Shown one piece after another: positions 13,310-26,445 of a stretch of DNA of 64,000 nt. A program made the position numbers and the translations under genes. Under the pieces are notes generated by a model. It did not search any database. It saw nothing but the letters and a program-made list of their open reading frames with translations, and was not told the DNA's origin. Source of the DNA: Vicugna vicugna (lineage: Eukaryota); the NCBI GenBank assembly GCA_013265495.1, contig MU058433.1, forward strand, positions 62,001-126,000, in the 5' to 3' direction. The stretch's first letter is position 1; every line of letters starts with the position of its first letter.

Positions 13310-14364
13310 CCGATGAAGAGCTTCTGTGTCCTAAAATAAATTGTATATAATGAACATTAAAATATTGTATTGCAATTCTCCCTGAACTCTTGTCTTAGGA
13401 CCATCACTCCTTTTTCGGATCTACCAAGAGAGAGCCTCCCTTTGCTATTAATAGTGAAGGTCATTTCTTCCAGAAAAATTCCCCAGAGCAGTACTCCTGG
13501 TACTAATCCCCAGAGCTCCCCCAAGTCTTCTTCAAACTGCATAAAATGCTATTTCCATTTTAATGCTCAAGTTTTTCCTGGCTCTGTGTAATGTGTTGCT
13601 GTATAATTATAAGAATAGAGAAAAACAATCTAACCACATGCTGAGAGAGAAAAAAATTAGACAAGTGAGGCATAATTGGGAAAATAAGGAGATAATTAAT
13701 CTTTACAGACTCCTCTCATGGGCCAGACTCTTATAAAGTATGATCTCATTTAGAACCATCTTGTGAGATATTTATTTTTATCCTCCTCTTTTTTTTTTCT
13801 TTCCTTTTTTTTAATAGAAGAAAAACTCTGAGAGCTATCTTACCCAAGATCTCATGTTCTGTAACTGGCAGAGCCAAGATCCTTAGAGTCCGCAGACAAC
13901 AGTTTTTGCTGCTGCTTCACACCAGGTGACTTTCTCAACACACTGCTCAATGTGAAGAATTGAGAAGAGGCGGGAGACATAGAGAAGGTATAAGGAAAGA
14001 CATAACACGGAACCATAACTTGTCACACCACCCCTATCACAGCTGCAGTGATTTTCCTGACACTAGACAGTCTTGGGATTTGCAGATCAGAATGTTTTCT
14101 AAGGCTGTGTTGTTTGATGCCTTACCATGGAGAATAATATGAGAAAAAGATTCACACACAACTCAGTCTCTAGCCCACTCAGACGATTTAATGAGGAAAT
14201 TAGTTTAAGTGTGCTTTTGATAAATACCGAGGTGACTTCTAGTGGAAGAAATATAGAATTTATGTATTCTAAATTCTGGGTCAAGATAAAAGGAAATAAG
14301 CAACCTCCAGAACAAAAGGTAATATTTTTTAGAATCTTCATTATTCTAGACAAATCTAGAACTT

Positions 14365-14525
14365 TTTACATGTAATCACTTTTATGATCATCTTAACAAA
14401 ATTGTGAGATAAATAATAACGTTAATCACATTTTAAAGATGTAAAAACTGAGAGAGAAGTTAAGTAACTGGCCAAAGCCACCCAATGAAGAAATGGTAGA
14501 AATGGGAATCAAATCCAAGGGGTAT
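14365..14525 (-). mobile_element. MIR SINE fragment
   Basis: CATTTTAAAGATGTAAAAACTGAGAGAGAAGTTAAGTAACTGGCCAAAGCCAC resembles the reverse-strand MIR core. Boundaries approximate. Confidence 0.6.
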
Positions 14526-17500
14526 TTTCCTAGACTTCTATGTATATGACCAAAATTCTCTGTAAAGTCTGTGGCGAAGGGTATACACATGATATGTGTA
14601 TAGTAAAAGATATTAAATAACTCAAATAAAAAATATAGAAAACCAGAAGCACAAAACAACTTAACAGCCTAAAATCAAGCACATCACTTATGATTATAAA
14701 CGTATATTGTTGAATTCCTATATTTAGAAACATAGGCATGAATCAAGTCCTTTAAATAAAATCCAATGTCACATTGCTCTCATGAGAAAGCTCTGAAAGA
14801 AAGTAATGGAGAGGGTAAAAGGGACAGATAGACAAGGCTTCTTCAGAAAAAATTAAAGACAAAGGAAGCAAACCTGACAAAATGAAAATCAAAAAGTGTA
14901 AAATTTAATTTTAAAAGCATTAAGTGAAGCAAGAGATACTTTGTACAATTAAAAGGAGCACTTCTAAATGAAGGCATGTCATACTGCCTGCAGACAGCTC
15001 TTCTAAACACTCATTTAAAATGAAAAATAAATAACGCATCAATCTATCCATTTACACACTTCTTCTCTTTTCTAATTATTAGCCTTCACAGACTTCCTTG
15101 TAATTCCCTTCACTCTTTGAAGACACAAGCCCAGCTATTACCTGCAATAAATTTAACATCCTTGCCATTCATCTACCCAAGACTTGCCCTCAAAGTATGT
15201 AGCATCATCCTGGATGGCTTTATTTTGTTGCAGAGGGTCAGCCACACAACTCCAGGGCCATACCTTTGAAGTACTGTAACCTAAAATTGACTAATGTCAC
15301 ACATAACAAATGTATTTATTGTATCTGTTCAATTATGTGGTTCAGCTAATACTGATTCTCTCTTCAACAACCTTGAGCCCTGTAGGGTGTTGACTTTTCA
15401 CTATGATTCATTCAGGATCCAAGTTTCTTTGCATCCCTTGTTACATAAGGTAAATTCTATGAGTCACCATTTTAACAACTCTTTTACAAACATTTTGCCC
15501 CCCTTGCTCCACTGACCTTCCATTTCATGTATGTGTCTAAACTCAATTACTAGATTAATAAACCCAGTAAGCACTCTTGGTCATAATGGAAATCACTTCT
15601 TAACTAGGCACACTTGTGTTCCCCAAATTTCATGATCATGCACGGTTAACTTAATCTTCCACCCTGTCCAGTGGTCCAACAGCCTGATCCTGTTCAACTC
15701 AGTCTCCCTCTGTGGCTTTTCCCCTCCTCTCCTCTAAGCACATTCACCACCCCCAACCCCCTCTTTCTCAACAGATAATCTTTTATTTGACTTCAGAGAG
15801 AAATTAGAATCCATTAGCTATGAAATCATGTAAGATAGCCATCACATCTGCCTATTCTCTACCCTTTTTCCTTGTTATAGTTGGCAAAAATGCCCCTGTC
15901 ATTTCTGGGACCAAAAACAAACTCATACCCTTTATGTCAACCTTCCCCTGTCATCAGGTACCTTTCATTATCACCCATTCTCTTTCTTGCCTTTGTCTTC
16001 AACCTAGTCCTTTAAAACATCTGCTCCTTCAGCACTGAAACAATTAAAATGTGCTCAAATGTCTTCCCAACTAAATTATAAAGAATTATATTCTCACCTC
16101 TATAACTAAATACATAGTTGTCTACACTACTCATCCCCATTCTCAGCTCCCACTTACCCTCTGTCTCATGTTAGTCTCATTTCTGTCCTCACCTTTCCAC
16201 TGAAGCAGCTGTCACTAAGGTCACCCATGGTGTCCACAACCCATCTTTCAGTCCTGATGGACGTCTCAGCAGCCTTTGACACTACTGATCATCCCCTCAG
16301 TCTGGAAACATCCACTTAATGTTTATCACAAACTTTTTGAGTTTTTATTCAACATCACTAACATTGTACCTCATCCTTGACTGTTTCTCCTACTCTGTAG
16401 CTCTTAAATCCTGCTATTTCTCAAGGCTTTGCCTGAAGCCATCCTTTTCCTGTCCATACTTTTCCTGATCTATATCATCAACTCTTCAGACTCCAATTAA
16501 TAGCTATACATTGCCTCTCCCAATTCTTTAGCTCCCATTTAGATCTTTCAAGACACACATATCCATCTGCACCGTGGATGTGCACTGTTTTTGGATATCT
16601 CATGGGTACCTCATATTTAACATTTTAAAAATTAAAATTAAAATTCATCGTATTTCTCCACAAACTTAATGCCTTCTACTGTGTCTAATATTTCAGAGAA
16701 TGTTAATATCATGCACTAAATGAGCCAATAGAGAGATCTGAAATACCTCATTTGTACCTTCTCTCTTTAAATCCACCATAGACAATCCATTATATTGATC
16801 CAATTATTTTTTCAATCTAAATTAAAAATCCTTAACATAACTAACAGAGTCTCCACAATCTAGACTTACAACCTTTTCAGACTTCTTGCTATACTCTACG
16901 AATGCTTGCCAGAAAAATCCTGCATTTTCTAAAAATACACATGTTAAAAGCAATGTCCATGTGAGAGATGATGGTAAATTCCTCTACCACTTCATTTACA
17001 GTATTTAATTATTTCCTCATATATTTTTACTTCAGTATCCACTGAGACTCCTATCTTTTCTCTGAAGATGAATAGAAATGAGGCCAATGATGGTGGAAAC
17101 CCATGTGGTGAAGAAGAATGAGACCACGGCCACTCCCTAAGGCTGAGCTAACACAGTGCAAGGTGTTCAAAGTAGTACCCAAGCACAGAGTAGTCATGCA
17201 TTGATACTGTGCTTCTCTGAACAGTGGTCATTTGGATGAGTAAAAGTCTAAACAGATAACGTGTGCTATTCTAAACAAAGGTAACCTAAAAAGTGTTCTT
17301 TCCATTCCTTCAAAGTCTCCTGACAGTGAGGCTATGCACATACTTCTCGCTTGACAGAACAAGTATTCTCATCCCTACTCTTTTCCCCAAACAAGGCTAA
17401 GTTCTGTTTATCATTCAAGTCTTAATAAAGCCCCTTTTTCATTCAGTTTAAACATCTCTTCCATGGGAACCATCTTCCTGATCTCTCTATATTTAGAAAC

Positions 17501-19745
17501 TTTTATTTTGTACATGTATTTCCTCTTTTCTGAAATTCATCTTACTTGTAACTAATAGTTTATTGTCATTTATTTTCCTGATAGACTGCAACTTCTGCAA
17601 AGACGAAGATCATGTCAATTTTGTTTAAAAAAATTTTTTTGTTTTAATAATATCTTCAATGTTTGCACAATGGTAGCCCTTAAAAGGTGCTTATTAAATA
17701 TTTCTGGAATTGGATATCACCAATGAGTCAAGACAAAAAGAATATTCTCATTGTCTCTGAAAATGCATTTGCAATCATTAAATGTCTATTACTATATAAG
17801 TAAAGGAAAATGAACCTGTGCAAACTGCCAGATCAGAACATGCCAAACCAGAAAAATGCTACAGGCATTTCCACTAAAGAAAAAACAAAATCATCATTAT
17901 CCTTTTTATTAACATTTCTCAAGAAGTTCTATCCAGGCAAATCGGACATTTTTAGGACTGATTACTTTTGTCCATGTCCTTTGTCTCAGCTTAGGTTTTC
18001 TTCCAGGAAACCTTTCCTTAACCCTCAAGACTGAGTCCTCTTATTCACACCCACAGAACCATGGACTTATGAAAGCACTTATCATAATTTATTGCATTTA
18101 TTTGCTTATCATCTCCCTTTCCTGAGTGTAAAGACATTTTCATATTCCTACTTTCATTTCCTTATCCTAATTTAATTTCTGTAAACACTCAAGTTTTATT
18201 AAATAAATGAATGATGCACAGACACAAGCTCCTGTGTGACACGGGACCTTTGCACTTTTGCAGCCACATCCCTTCCCACCCCTCCTCTAGTCTCCCTTCT
18301 ATTTATTCCGTATTCTATTAAAGTGCAGGTCAATGAACAAATGGCTAAAGTAATGAATTAATTCATGAACTAACACACAAAGACACATTTTTACACATAT
18401 ACCCAGAAATTGTGGAATCACAGGTACGTAAATTCACATGAAATCATATTATAGCCCCCACTTAAGAACCCTAATCTTAGAGTCGAGGCTCTGGAATTTG
18501 CACTTAATCTCTGCCTCTTTTTTGATTATCCCAAACAAACTATTTGATTTCTCTAAAATGTCTATTTCCTCATAGAATTTTTTGTGAATGGAAGCTTTGT
18601 AAGGAGATTTTTCTACAGGAGAAAAGTTCTTAATTCAATGAGTGGAAATGTTAAGCTCTCAATAAATAATGACTAGTGATGACATTACAATCACAAACAA
18701 AGGCAAATACACACGGACGGCAGAAACTTTCAAATCGCGTGAAAATCACAGAGCCCAGGTCCATTCTTTAGATCCAAGTTCTCAGACCATTTGTTTTTGG
18801 CTGTTGAATTGTGTCCTCAAGACGGCCCCAGTCCTACTTGTTTCCTTTTGCTTTAAGTACCCATCCTCACTCCAACCGCTAAGATTTTTAAATCCAGCCT
18901 CATGTCTGCATGCTATATCCAGGGGAAAGCTGGACTGAGACCACCTTGTCTTTTCTTACTGACTCTTTGTCCCTCCTCTGACGTCCTCTGTAGGTCCGGC
19001 CTTCAGTCAGCTGCCCCGGGATCTGGGCCTGAGCCATGCCCTTGGCTTTCCAACCATACCTGCCCTCCCAGGTAGATCTCACCTGGGGACTCCCCGGTCC
19101 CTGGGCCCTTGATGAGGGTGGACAGAAGTGGCATCCTCAAGGTGCCAATGTTCTTTCTCTTCCTGGGCCTTTGGAGAAGGCACTCAAGCTGGTGGGCCCT
19201 CAAGAGGCTCCAGACGTGAATCCAATCAGTGAGCTGTGGGCTGCGCGGTAAGGCTGTTCCCAGAGGTCTTGGTCCTGCAGTCCTGAGGTCCCACGGGCTG
19301 GGGTGGACTGAGTCCCTGCAGGCTCAGGTCTTCTGGGACAGGAGTATCTGAGCAGACAGAATCTCCTGGGCTTTCAAAATGACAAGTGTTCTCTCCACTC
19401 CTGCTAAAGCTGCTTACGTGATATTTTGTGTATTTGTTATGTATATGTGTGTGTGTGTCTATGTTTGAGGCGACCTGCATTTCTTTGCTGTTATTTTGTT
19501 TATGTTATAAATTTCAATCATTTGTGTAAATATGTATAACGTTTGTTTTAGTATGAAAATGAGAACAGATTTATAGAAGAAAAGATACAGAATCTTTTTT
19601 CTGGTTCAGGTTTAAACAGGGAATACCCTAGTTATCACAAATCATTCATATTGATCAAATGCTTGAACTTTCATATGAAACTCCTTACACATACAGTTGT
19701 CATATCTGTCAATGTACACATCAAAATATCTTTAGAACCACTTTC

Positions 19746-20380
19746 TGAGACAGCATGGAAGGGGGCAGGGCACAGCCACTCAAGGAATGACAGCAATTTA
19801 ACACCAAAATGGTGGAAGATTCAACTCCTAGTTGGCCTTGAGGATTAAGAGGTTTGACTTCTAGTAGATCTTGAGCTTCATTATATGCTCATTATAACAG
19901 CCTGATAAATAACATACCTGCAGGTGCCATGATAGTCTCAAAGCTAGCTGCAAAAGGCCAAAGAAAGGGTGGTGGCCCAATCCCTGGGAATCCCAACCCC
20001 TTCCCCAGGGCAGTTGGAATGATCCCACCTGCAAGGTGTAAAGCTACTGAGCTCATAAAAACTGACACCACCACACCTAGTGGCCCTTTTCGCTCCCTCC
20101 CCTTTGGAGACGGCCTGCACTCTGTCTATGGAGTGTGTGCCTACTTTTACTTTAACCTGAGCACCCAATTCCCACACCCCTTTCCTTGCCTCTCTCTTGC
20201 CTTACACTCTATGCAGTTTGTGTCTCTTTAAATAAATCTACCTTTACTCAACGGTGGCTCACACTTGAATTCTTTCCTGTGCAAAGCCAAGGACCCACAC
20301 TTGGTGGGGCACGTCCCAGGGGCTCAACTGGATCCTGGGACACGATCCTTCTCACGCCCCACATCCATTCTCCTGCATCA
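19746..20380 (+). mobile_element. Solo LTR (635 bp), ERV class I-like
   Basis: TG...CA ends with imperfect terminal inverted repeats (TGAGACAGCA / TCCTGCATCA). 4-bp TSD TTTC at 19742-19745 and 20381-20384. AATAAA at 20231-20236 and TATA-like CATAAAAA near 20054. Confidence 0.85.
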
Positions 20381-21541
20381 TTTCCTCCTTCAGTAACTAT
20401 TCTTGTTACTGATCTAAAGATTTCAATTCCACCCCACCAATCTACCCTCTCCTCCGAAGCCATAATAATCTTTCTAAAATAGATATATGATTGTCATCTC
20501 TGCAGAGTCTTTAGGATAAAATAAATCTCCATTAGCATAACATACAAGATCTAGCAATTTCAGGCCCTTAACTTTCTCTTCAGTTCTGTTTCCTGCCACT
20601 CATCTCCAAAACACCCTGCATTCCAACTGATCTCTTTGGATTTTCACACACACGTAATTTTGCAAGCATCTTACATTTGCATATGTTGTTTCTTCTTTCA
20701 GAGAACATCTTTCCTATTCTTTTCTGTCTGACTCAGCTTAGAACCTAGCATCACTTCATTTGGAAAGTCATCCCTCAATCACCCCTGTGTTTACCCTTTG
20801 CCTGGGGACTAACCACACCATGTTTCAATTATCTGTGTAGCTCTCTGTCTCTACCTTCAGAAGGCAAATTTCTTGGGGTTGAGGACCTCATTCTGAATGC
20901 TCACTATTGTCCACAAACTATGCTTTCAATCTATGTCCTCAATTATTATTAGTAGTAGAAATATCATCATGTATCTATATCACATTTATTTATATAACAT
21001 TTTTATATATTGAAGTTACTAATGCCAATTAGAAAATAACTTTATATTACTTGATGCATCTAAAAAAGGTCTAAAACTTCCTGAAGTTACAGCACAATAC
21101 AGAGAAAAGGAGAGATAATACTGAATTGTTAAATCTTAAGAAACCCTTTTTAGCTTATGGTGATAGCAAAAACTCAGATCACATTAGAATCATTCGACAA
21201 AAGCATACCTTACATTAGAACCTCATCTTTACTGTAACATTTTGTCGTCTTCTCCCAGTTCAAACTTTTACCTCCACCCTAATTTTCAGAAAAGTGTATA
21301 TCCCATGACAAGCATGATTAGTAGAGAAGAAAATAAGGAATTGTGGACTCTAACAGCTGCCCAAAATTTACTTTTGTCTTTGGGGAGGGGTTTATTCATG
21401 TTTTCTATAAATGCTTTATGTATTCAGATACAATTTTTGAGGAAACAATTGTTGTTCTGATTAGAATCAATGGTGACAAATATAGTATAAGCACTGCGGT
21501 TCATATGTAGAGCCCAGGGCATTTTAATGCTGATACCCTGC

Positions 21542-21578
21542 TGTGTGTGTGTGTGTGCGTGTGTGTGTGTGTGTGTGT
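21542..21578. repeat. (TG)n microsatellite with one CG interruption
   Basis: Read directly from the sequence. Confidence 0.95.
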
Positions 21579-21640
21579 CACCCAAGGTCAGGCGATAACA
21601 CATCAGAAAGACAAAGAACCTGAGTGATTATTAACAATGA

Positions 21641-22172
21641 TGCATGGTGGTTTTACAAAGTGTTCACAAACTTTGTGATACTGTTATCTTCAAGAGGTAG
21701 AGCTTAATTCCCCTCCCCTTTCGTACATACAGGCTGAACTTAGTGATTCACCTCTAACAAAGAGCATGTGGTGTGTGTAGCAGGGTGTCCCTTCTGAGAC
21801 CAGCCCATAAGAGGCATTGAAGCTTCCTTCTTGCTGTTTCTCTTGAATTGCCCCATCTGGAAGCAGCTGGCCTCCATGACATGAGGACAAGCAGCTTGTG
21901 TGAGGAGGGATTGAAGCCTCTCACCAACGAACAACACTATGTAAGTGACCACCTTGGAAGTAGACCCTGCAGCTCCCACCAGCCCTTCTGAAGCTTGTGA
22001 CCTCAGTAACACCTTGACTGCAACCTAGTGAGAGACCCAAGACAGAACCACCTAGGTAGCCACTCCTAAATTCCTGTCAGGCAGAAACTGTTTTAGATAA
22101 TAAATGGTTGTTTTTGTTTGTTTGAATTGCTAACTTTAGAGGTAATTTGTTACACAGCATAGATAACTAATA
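21641..22172 (+). mobile_element. MaLR LTR (MLT1-like)
   Basis: Characteristic MLT1 3' end GGTAATTTGTTACACAGCATAGATAACTAATA and internal CACCTTGACTGCAACCTAGTGAGAGACCC. Confidence 0.75.
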
Positions 22173-24863
22173 TGAAGAGGAATGAAGGTTATCATTTCAT
22201 AGCCCTACCCATGGATAAGGAAGTAAAGGTCAAGGCAGGGTATACAGTTCTTGGCCATTTAGGCTTCTTAAAGACAATCCGCTATAATTCTATTTGAATA
22301 ACCCCCTTTGAAACTTACTTCAGCAGAAGAGGTCCCCTATCCTGTATGTGTGAAATATGGGAAGCACTATGAGTAGCTATAAAAGGACTTCAAGATCACT
22401 CCTTTTTCACAACAAGTATTTACTAAAACTAGGAATAATATGTCAGGCCCAGGAAACTAGGCATCAAACTGGACTCTGAATATTCAGAGATAAATAACAG
22501 TCTATTTACTTGCGGACATAAATTTCTAAGGTCAATAGACTTGTAGAACAAAATTTCAATACAGAATGAGAATCATAGGTAATCCAGAGATGTCCATGGA
22601 AACTGAGTGCAGGGGTATTAATACCACAGCCTAGGGATCAGAGACCATCTTGAGGACTATGTTCACTTACTATGAGTCTTGAGGATGAATAAAGATTCAA
22701 GGAAAACACAGAAAAGGTATTTTGAGCCAAGAGACCAGCATGTGCAAAGGCTTAGCGGTATCAGAGGATATGATGCGTTTGGGAAATGTGTGTCATTTAG
22801 TAGAGCCATGCGCACATTTAGTGAAGTGCTGAGAAACAAAATTGCTGAGGTAGGCAGGCAATCAACCATGCATTCATGCATGCAGAACTTGAATCATTCA
22901 ATACAGATACAATGAACACTCAGTAGGAACAAAACACCATGACAGACATCAGTAATATAGTGAAAAGTGAATCAGACATAATGCCTCTCCTCGTGGAATA
23001 TTCAATCCTTTGAGGAAGGCATGCATTATTCAAATATTCAACAGACTATAAGTGAAAAAATAATCACTACCTTTGATAACTGTTATGAAAATCTGTAGAG
23101 TGTTCTAAGAGTAAATGACAAAGGTATCTGATCAGGCCTGGGGATGATAGGAAAAGATTCCTTGAGGAAAATATTTGAAAGATGAAGATAATTTTAACTA
23201 AAAGCTAATCAAATAGAAATGTTTTTTGGGGCTCTTGCTATCTGTCAGTTACAGAGCCAAACCCTTCAGAAGCATTATTGGATTTAGTCCTTACTTCCTT
23301 CCAAATTGATAATATCCTTATTGTTTCTATATTGCAGATACGACAAATGATACATAGAAAGTCAATCCAAATTGTTCAGCTGTGAAGTAAAGAATTGCTA
23401 ACTCTGCTTCACATTATGCTACATTCTCTCCAGCAGGCTTAAAAAAATAAAAAGAGAGAGAGAGAGAGAGAGAGATTCCAGTCACAAAGAAAAGAATGTG
23501 CAAAGGCCCTTAGGCAAGAAGGAGGAAGATGTGAATACAAGCACCTTAGGAACAGGTAGTATTTTGTTTGTTTGTTTGTGCTTCATATACTTAAAAATGT
23601 TACCAGCAACAAAAGCCTTTTTTAGTAAGTAAATAGACTTTCCAAGGAATTGTGTTGAAAGATGATATTCAGCTTAACAGCATATTCCTTGCCCTAGTTT
23701 ACCATTCATTCATTTGTGTATTCATCCAACCTACATTTGTTAAGGCATCTACAGGAAGCACATAAGCGGAATCAAGGGGAAAAGGCTTGAGGCCAAACAC
23801 CGACTGCTGGCTGCAATTTACCAACTCCACCTTTGGATGGAATTGAGAAATTTAGCAAATCATCCAAGCTTCAGTTTCCTCGTGTGTTCATGGAGTTCTT
23901 ACCTATCACACAAGGTTTGAGGATTGATTGGGATGTTGTGTGAACGGTACTTTGCACATTGTTTGGGATTACGTGAAAACCCATTTTTTAATTCGATTTT
24001 ACTTTACTGTGTAACAGGTGCTGTGGCTGCAGATGTGGCTAAGACATGTTCACTGCCTTCAAGGATGTCACAGATTAGTGTGGGAAAACACATAAGGAAG
24101 CAGGCAATTCCAGTACAGAGTGACAAGAGATCTGTCTTTACGAAACACAAGGGGCCATGAGGACACAGGGGAGGGTACTGACATCATCTGGGGACAGGGC
24201 AAGCTAGTCACAACTCTTACATCACAGCTGAGTTTTGAAGGAAAAATAGGTGTTTTCAAGGAACATCATGGGAATAGAAACATGCTAGGCAGAGAAAACA
24301 TTATTTCAAATGCAAATAGTAATTTTTACGTCTGCAAATACGTGGATTTTTAAGAACCTGTTTACTTTTGAAATAAGGGATTCATATAGTCTGGGCCATC
24401 CCTAATTAATTCTGTAGAAAGTAGAGCCCGTTCTTTAGACTTGGAAGTTTTTCTCATCCAGATGGTTATTGAACTTATGAGCTTACTTTGTGTTAAACAA
24501 ATTTAATCTCACAATAAGCCTATAAATTAAGTACGATATTTTCTTTTATTTTAAAAAGAGGAAACTGAACCAGGATAAAAGAATCAAAGAAAGAGTAAAA
24601 ATGTTGTGCTTTGACATTTTTATTGTAGAAAATTAGGAGCCTTCCATCTGATGCCTATCACTTTCTTGGTCCTGGAATCCTTACCTTTCTCCCTCTAATT
24701 TTACCAATAATTTTCTCTAACAGAATTGAGGCCTTGAAATTCATAGGAATTGGATCCATTATTGAGGCTTCCTGCTACTTATTTACAAAAGAAATTCTAT
24801 TGAATCAGTGTGATTACTTGACTTCCCACAATTTTTCTCCTCACCCATGTTCTTATCCCCAGG

Positions 24864-25826
24864 TCACTGCATATCTTTAGGAAAGAATAGAAAGATGACC
24901 TTGTCTCTGATCTGCTTTGTTTTGACACCATAAATGATGGGATTGAGGGCGGGAGGGATGGCTACATAGAGGTTGGCAAACATGATGTGAAAGGTATGAG
25001 AGATATTGTGGCCAAAGCGATGAGCAAGGACAGAGAACATGGCTGGTGTGTAGAATATGAGGATGACACTGACATGAGAACCACAGGTGCTGAGGGCTTT
25101 CTGGCGGGCATCTCTGGACGGAAGATGGAAAACAGCATGAAGGATAAGAGTGTAGGAGATGCCAATGAAGATCAGGTCTGAGATAACAGTCATTACAGGC
25201 ACGGCAAAGCCATACCAGATATTGATGGAGATATCAGCACAAGCGAGTCGGGCCACCCCTATATGCTCACAGTATGTGTGAGGGATGATACGTGTCCTGC
25301 AGAAAGGCAAACGCTTCACCAGGAACACGACTGGCAAAATGACACTAAAGCTCCGACCAACAATGCCCACCATGATCTTGACAATTGTCCTTGGTGTCAA
25401 GAGGCTGGTGTATCTCAAAGGGGAGCAAATGGCCATGTAACGATCAAATGCCATGGCCAACAAGATGGCTGAGTCCAGAAAAAAGCTGAAGTGGAGAAAG
25501 AACAACTGAGTGAGGCACCCAGCAAATGTGATTTCTTGAGCTTTCAACCAGAATATGCCAAGTGTTTTGGGAACACATGTGGTAGATAATATGAGGTCTG
25601 CAGAGGCCAACATTGAGAGGAAGAAGAACATGGGTTCATGGAGGCTGTGGTCCACAGTGATGAGGTAGAGAAGGATGCCGTTACTTGCCAGGGCCACAAG
25701 GTAGACAGCGAAGAAAGGAATCCCAATCCAAATATGGAACTGCTCCAGCCCCGGGATGCCCACCAAAATGAAGAGGTCTGGATTAAAATTTGTTGAATTC
25801 AACGTGACCATCATGTTGACTGTCAT
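24864..25826 (-). CDS. Intact class I olfactory receptor, family 52 subfamily H-like (about 320 aa from the ATG at 25826)
   Basis: ORF 24864..25898 has all OR motifs ([56 protein letters not shown]). I trimmed the start because an acceptor TTTTGTCCTCAG (AG at 25830-25831) precedes ATG 25826. Confidence 0.9.
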   Translation of the reverse strand: MTVNMMVTLNSTNFNPDLFILVGIPGLEQFHIWIGIPFFAVYLVALASNGILLYLITVDHSLHEPMFFFLSMLASADLILSTTCVPKTLGIFWLKAQEITFAGCLTQLFFLHFSFFLDSAILLAMAFDRYMAICSPLRYTSLLTPRTIVKIMVGIVGRSFSVILPVVFLVKRLPFCRTRIIPHTYCEHIGVARLACADISINIWYGFAVPVMTVISDLIFIGISYTLILHAVFHLPSRDARQKALSTCGSHVSVILIFYTPAMFSVLAHRFGHNISHTFHIMFANLYVAIPPALNPIIYGVKTKQIRDKVIFLFFPKDMQ

Positions 25827-26309
25827 TCCCTGAGGACAAAATATCACAGTTGACTCCAGGGACAGACAGCCCATGAATTCCCTTTCAGTCTTTTCCATAA
25901 CTAGGATCCTCCCTTTCTATCACGATCACCTAACAAAAACTAGGGAAAATGTAACCTACCTCTTGTCACAACCACTACAGCATTTTCCAAAAGCTGCCAA
26001 GAGACCTCAATTAAACCAATTATTCCTCATCTATGGATATCACCATAACTGTATTATTACTATATTAGGACCAAGTCCCAACAGATTCATGACCTACGAA
26101 CATATTGGCCCTTGGTTGTCAGTTAAAATTTCAAGATTGTCCTGCCCTTACCAAGTAACTCAGTCTGAGATTTCTCAAAGATGTAAATATTGACTATCTA
26201 CCCTACACCATGAGTCTCAGTAATATCTTCGCTGAGGTATCCATTCAAAGAAATAACAGGAACCATGTGCAAATTAGCAAATCTGCATTGTTTTAAAACT
26301 AATGTATCA

Positions 26310-26445
26310 GATGAGGGTATAGCTCAAGTGGTAGAGCGCATGCCTAGTATGCACAAGGTGCTGGGTTCAATCCCCACTACCTCCTCTGAAAAATAAATAA
26401 ATAAAATCTAATTACCTCCCCCAACCAAAATGTAAAAAATAAAAA
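26310..26445 (+). mobile_element. tRNA-derived SINE (camelid Vic-1-like)
   Basis: A-box TAGCTCAAGTGG, B-box GGTTCAATCCC, A-rich tail. TSD TAAAAC(T/C)AATGTATCA at 26294-26309 and 26446-26461. Confidence 0.9.

Noticed and set aside
26310..26385. Possible tRNA gene (also near 48029, 52110 and 61900)
   Set aside because: Diverged tRNA-like heads followed by A-rich tails and TSDs are SINE copies, not tRNA genes.
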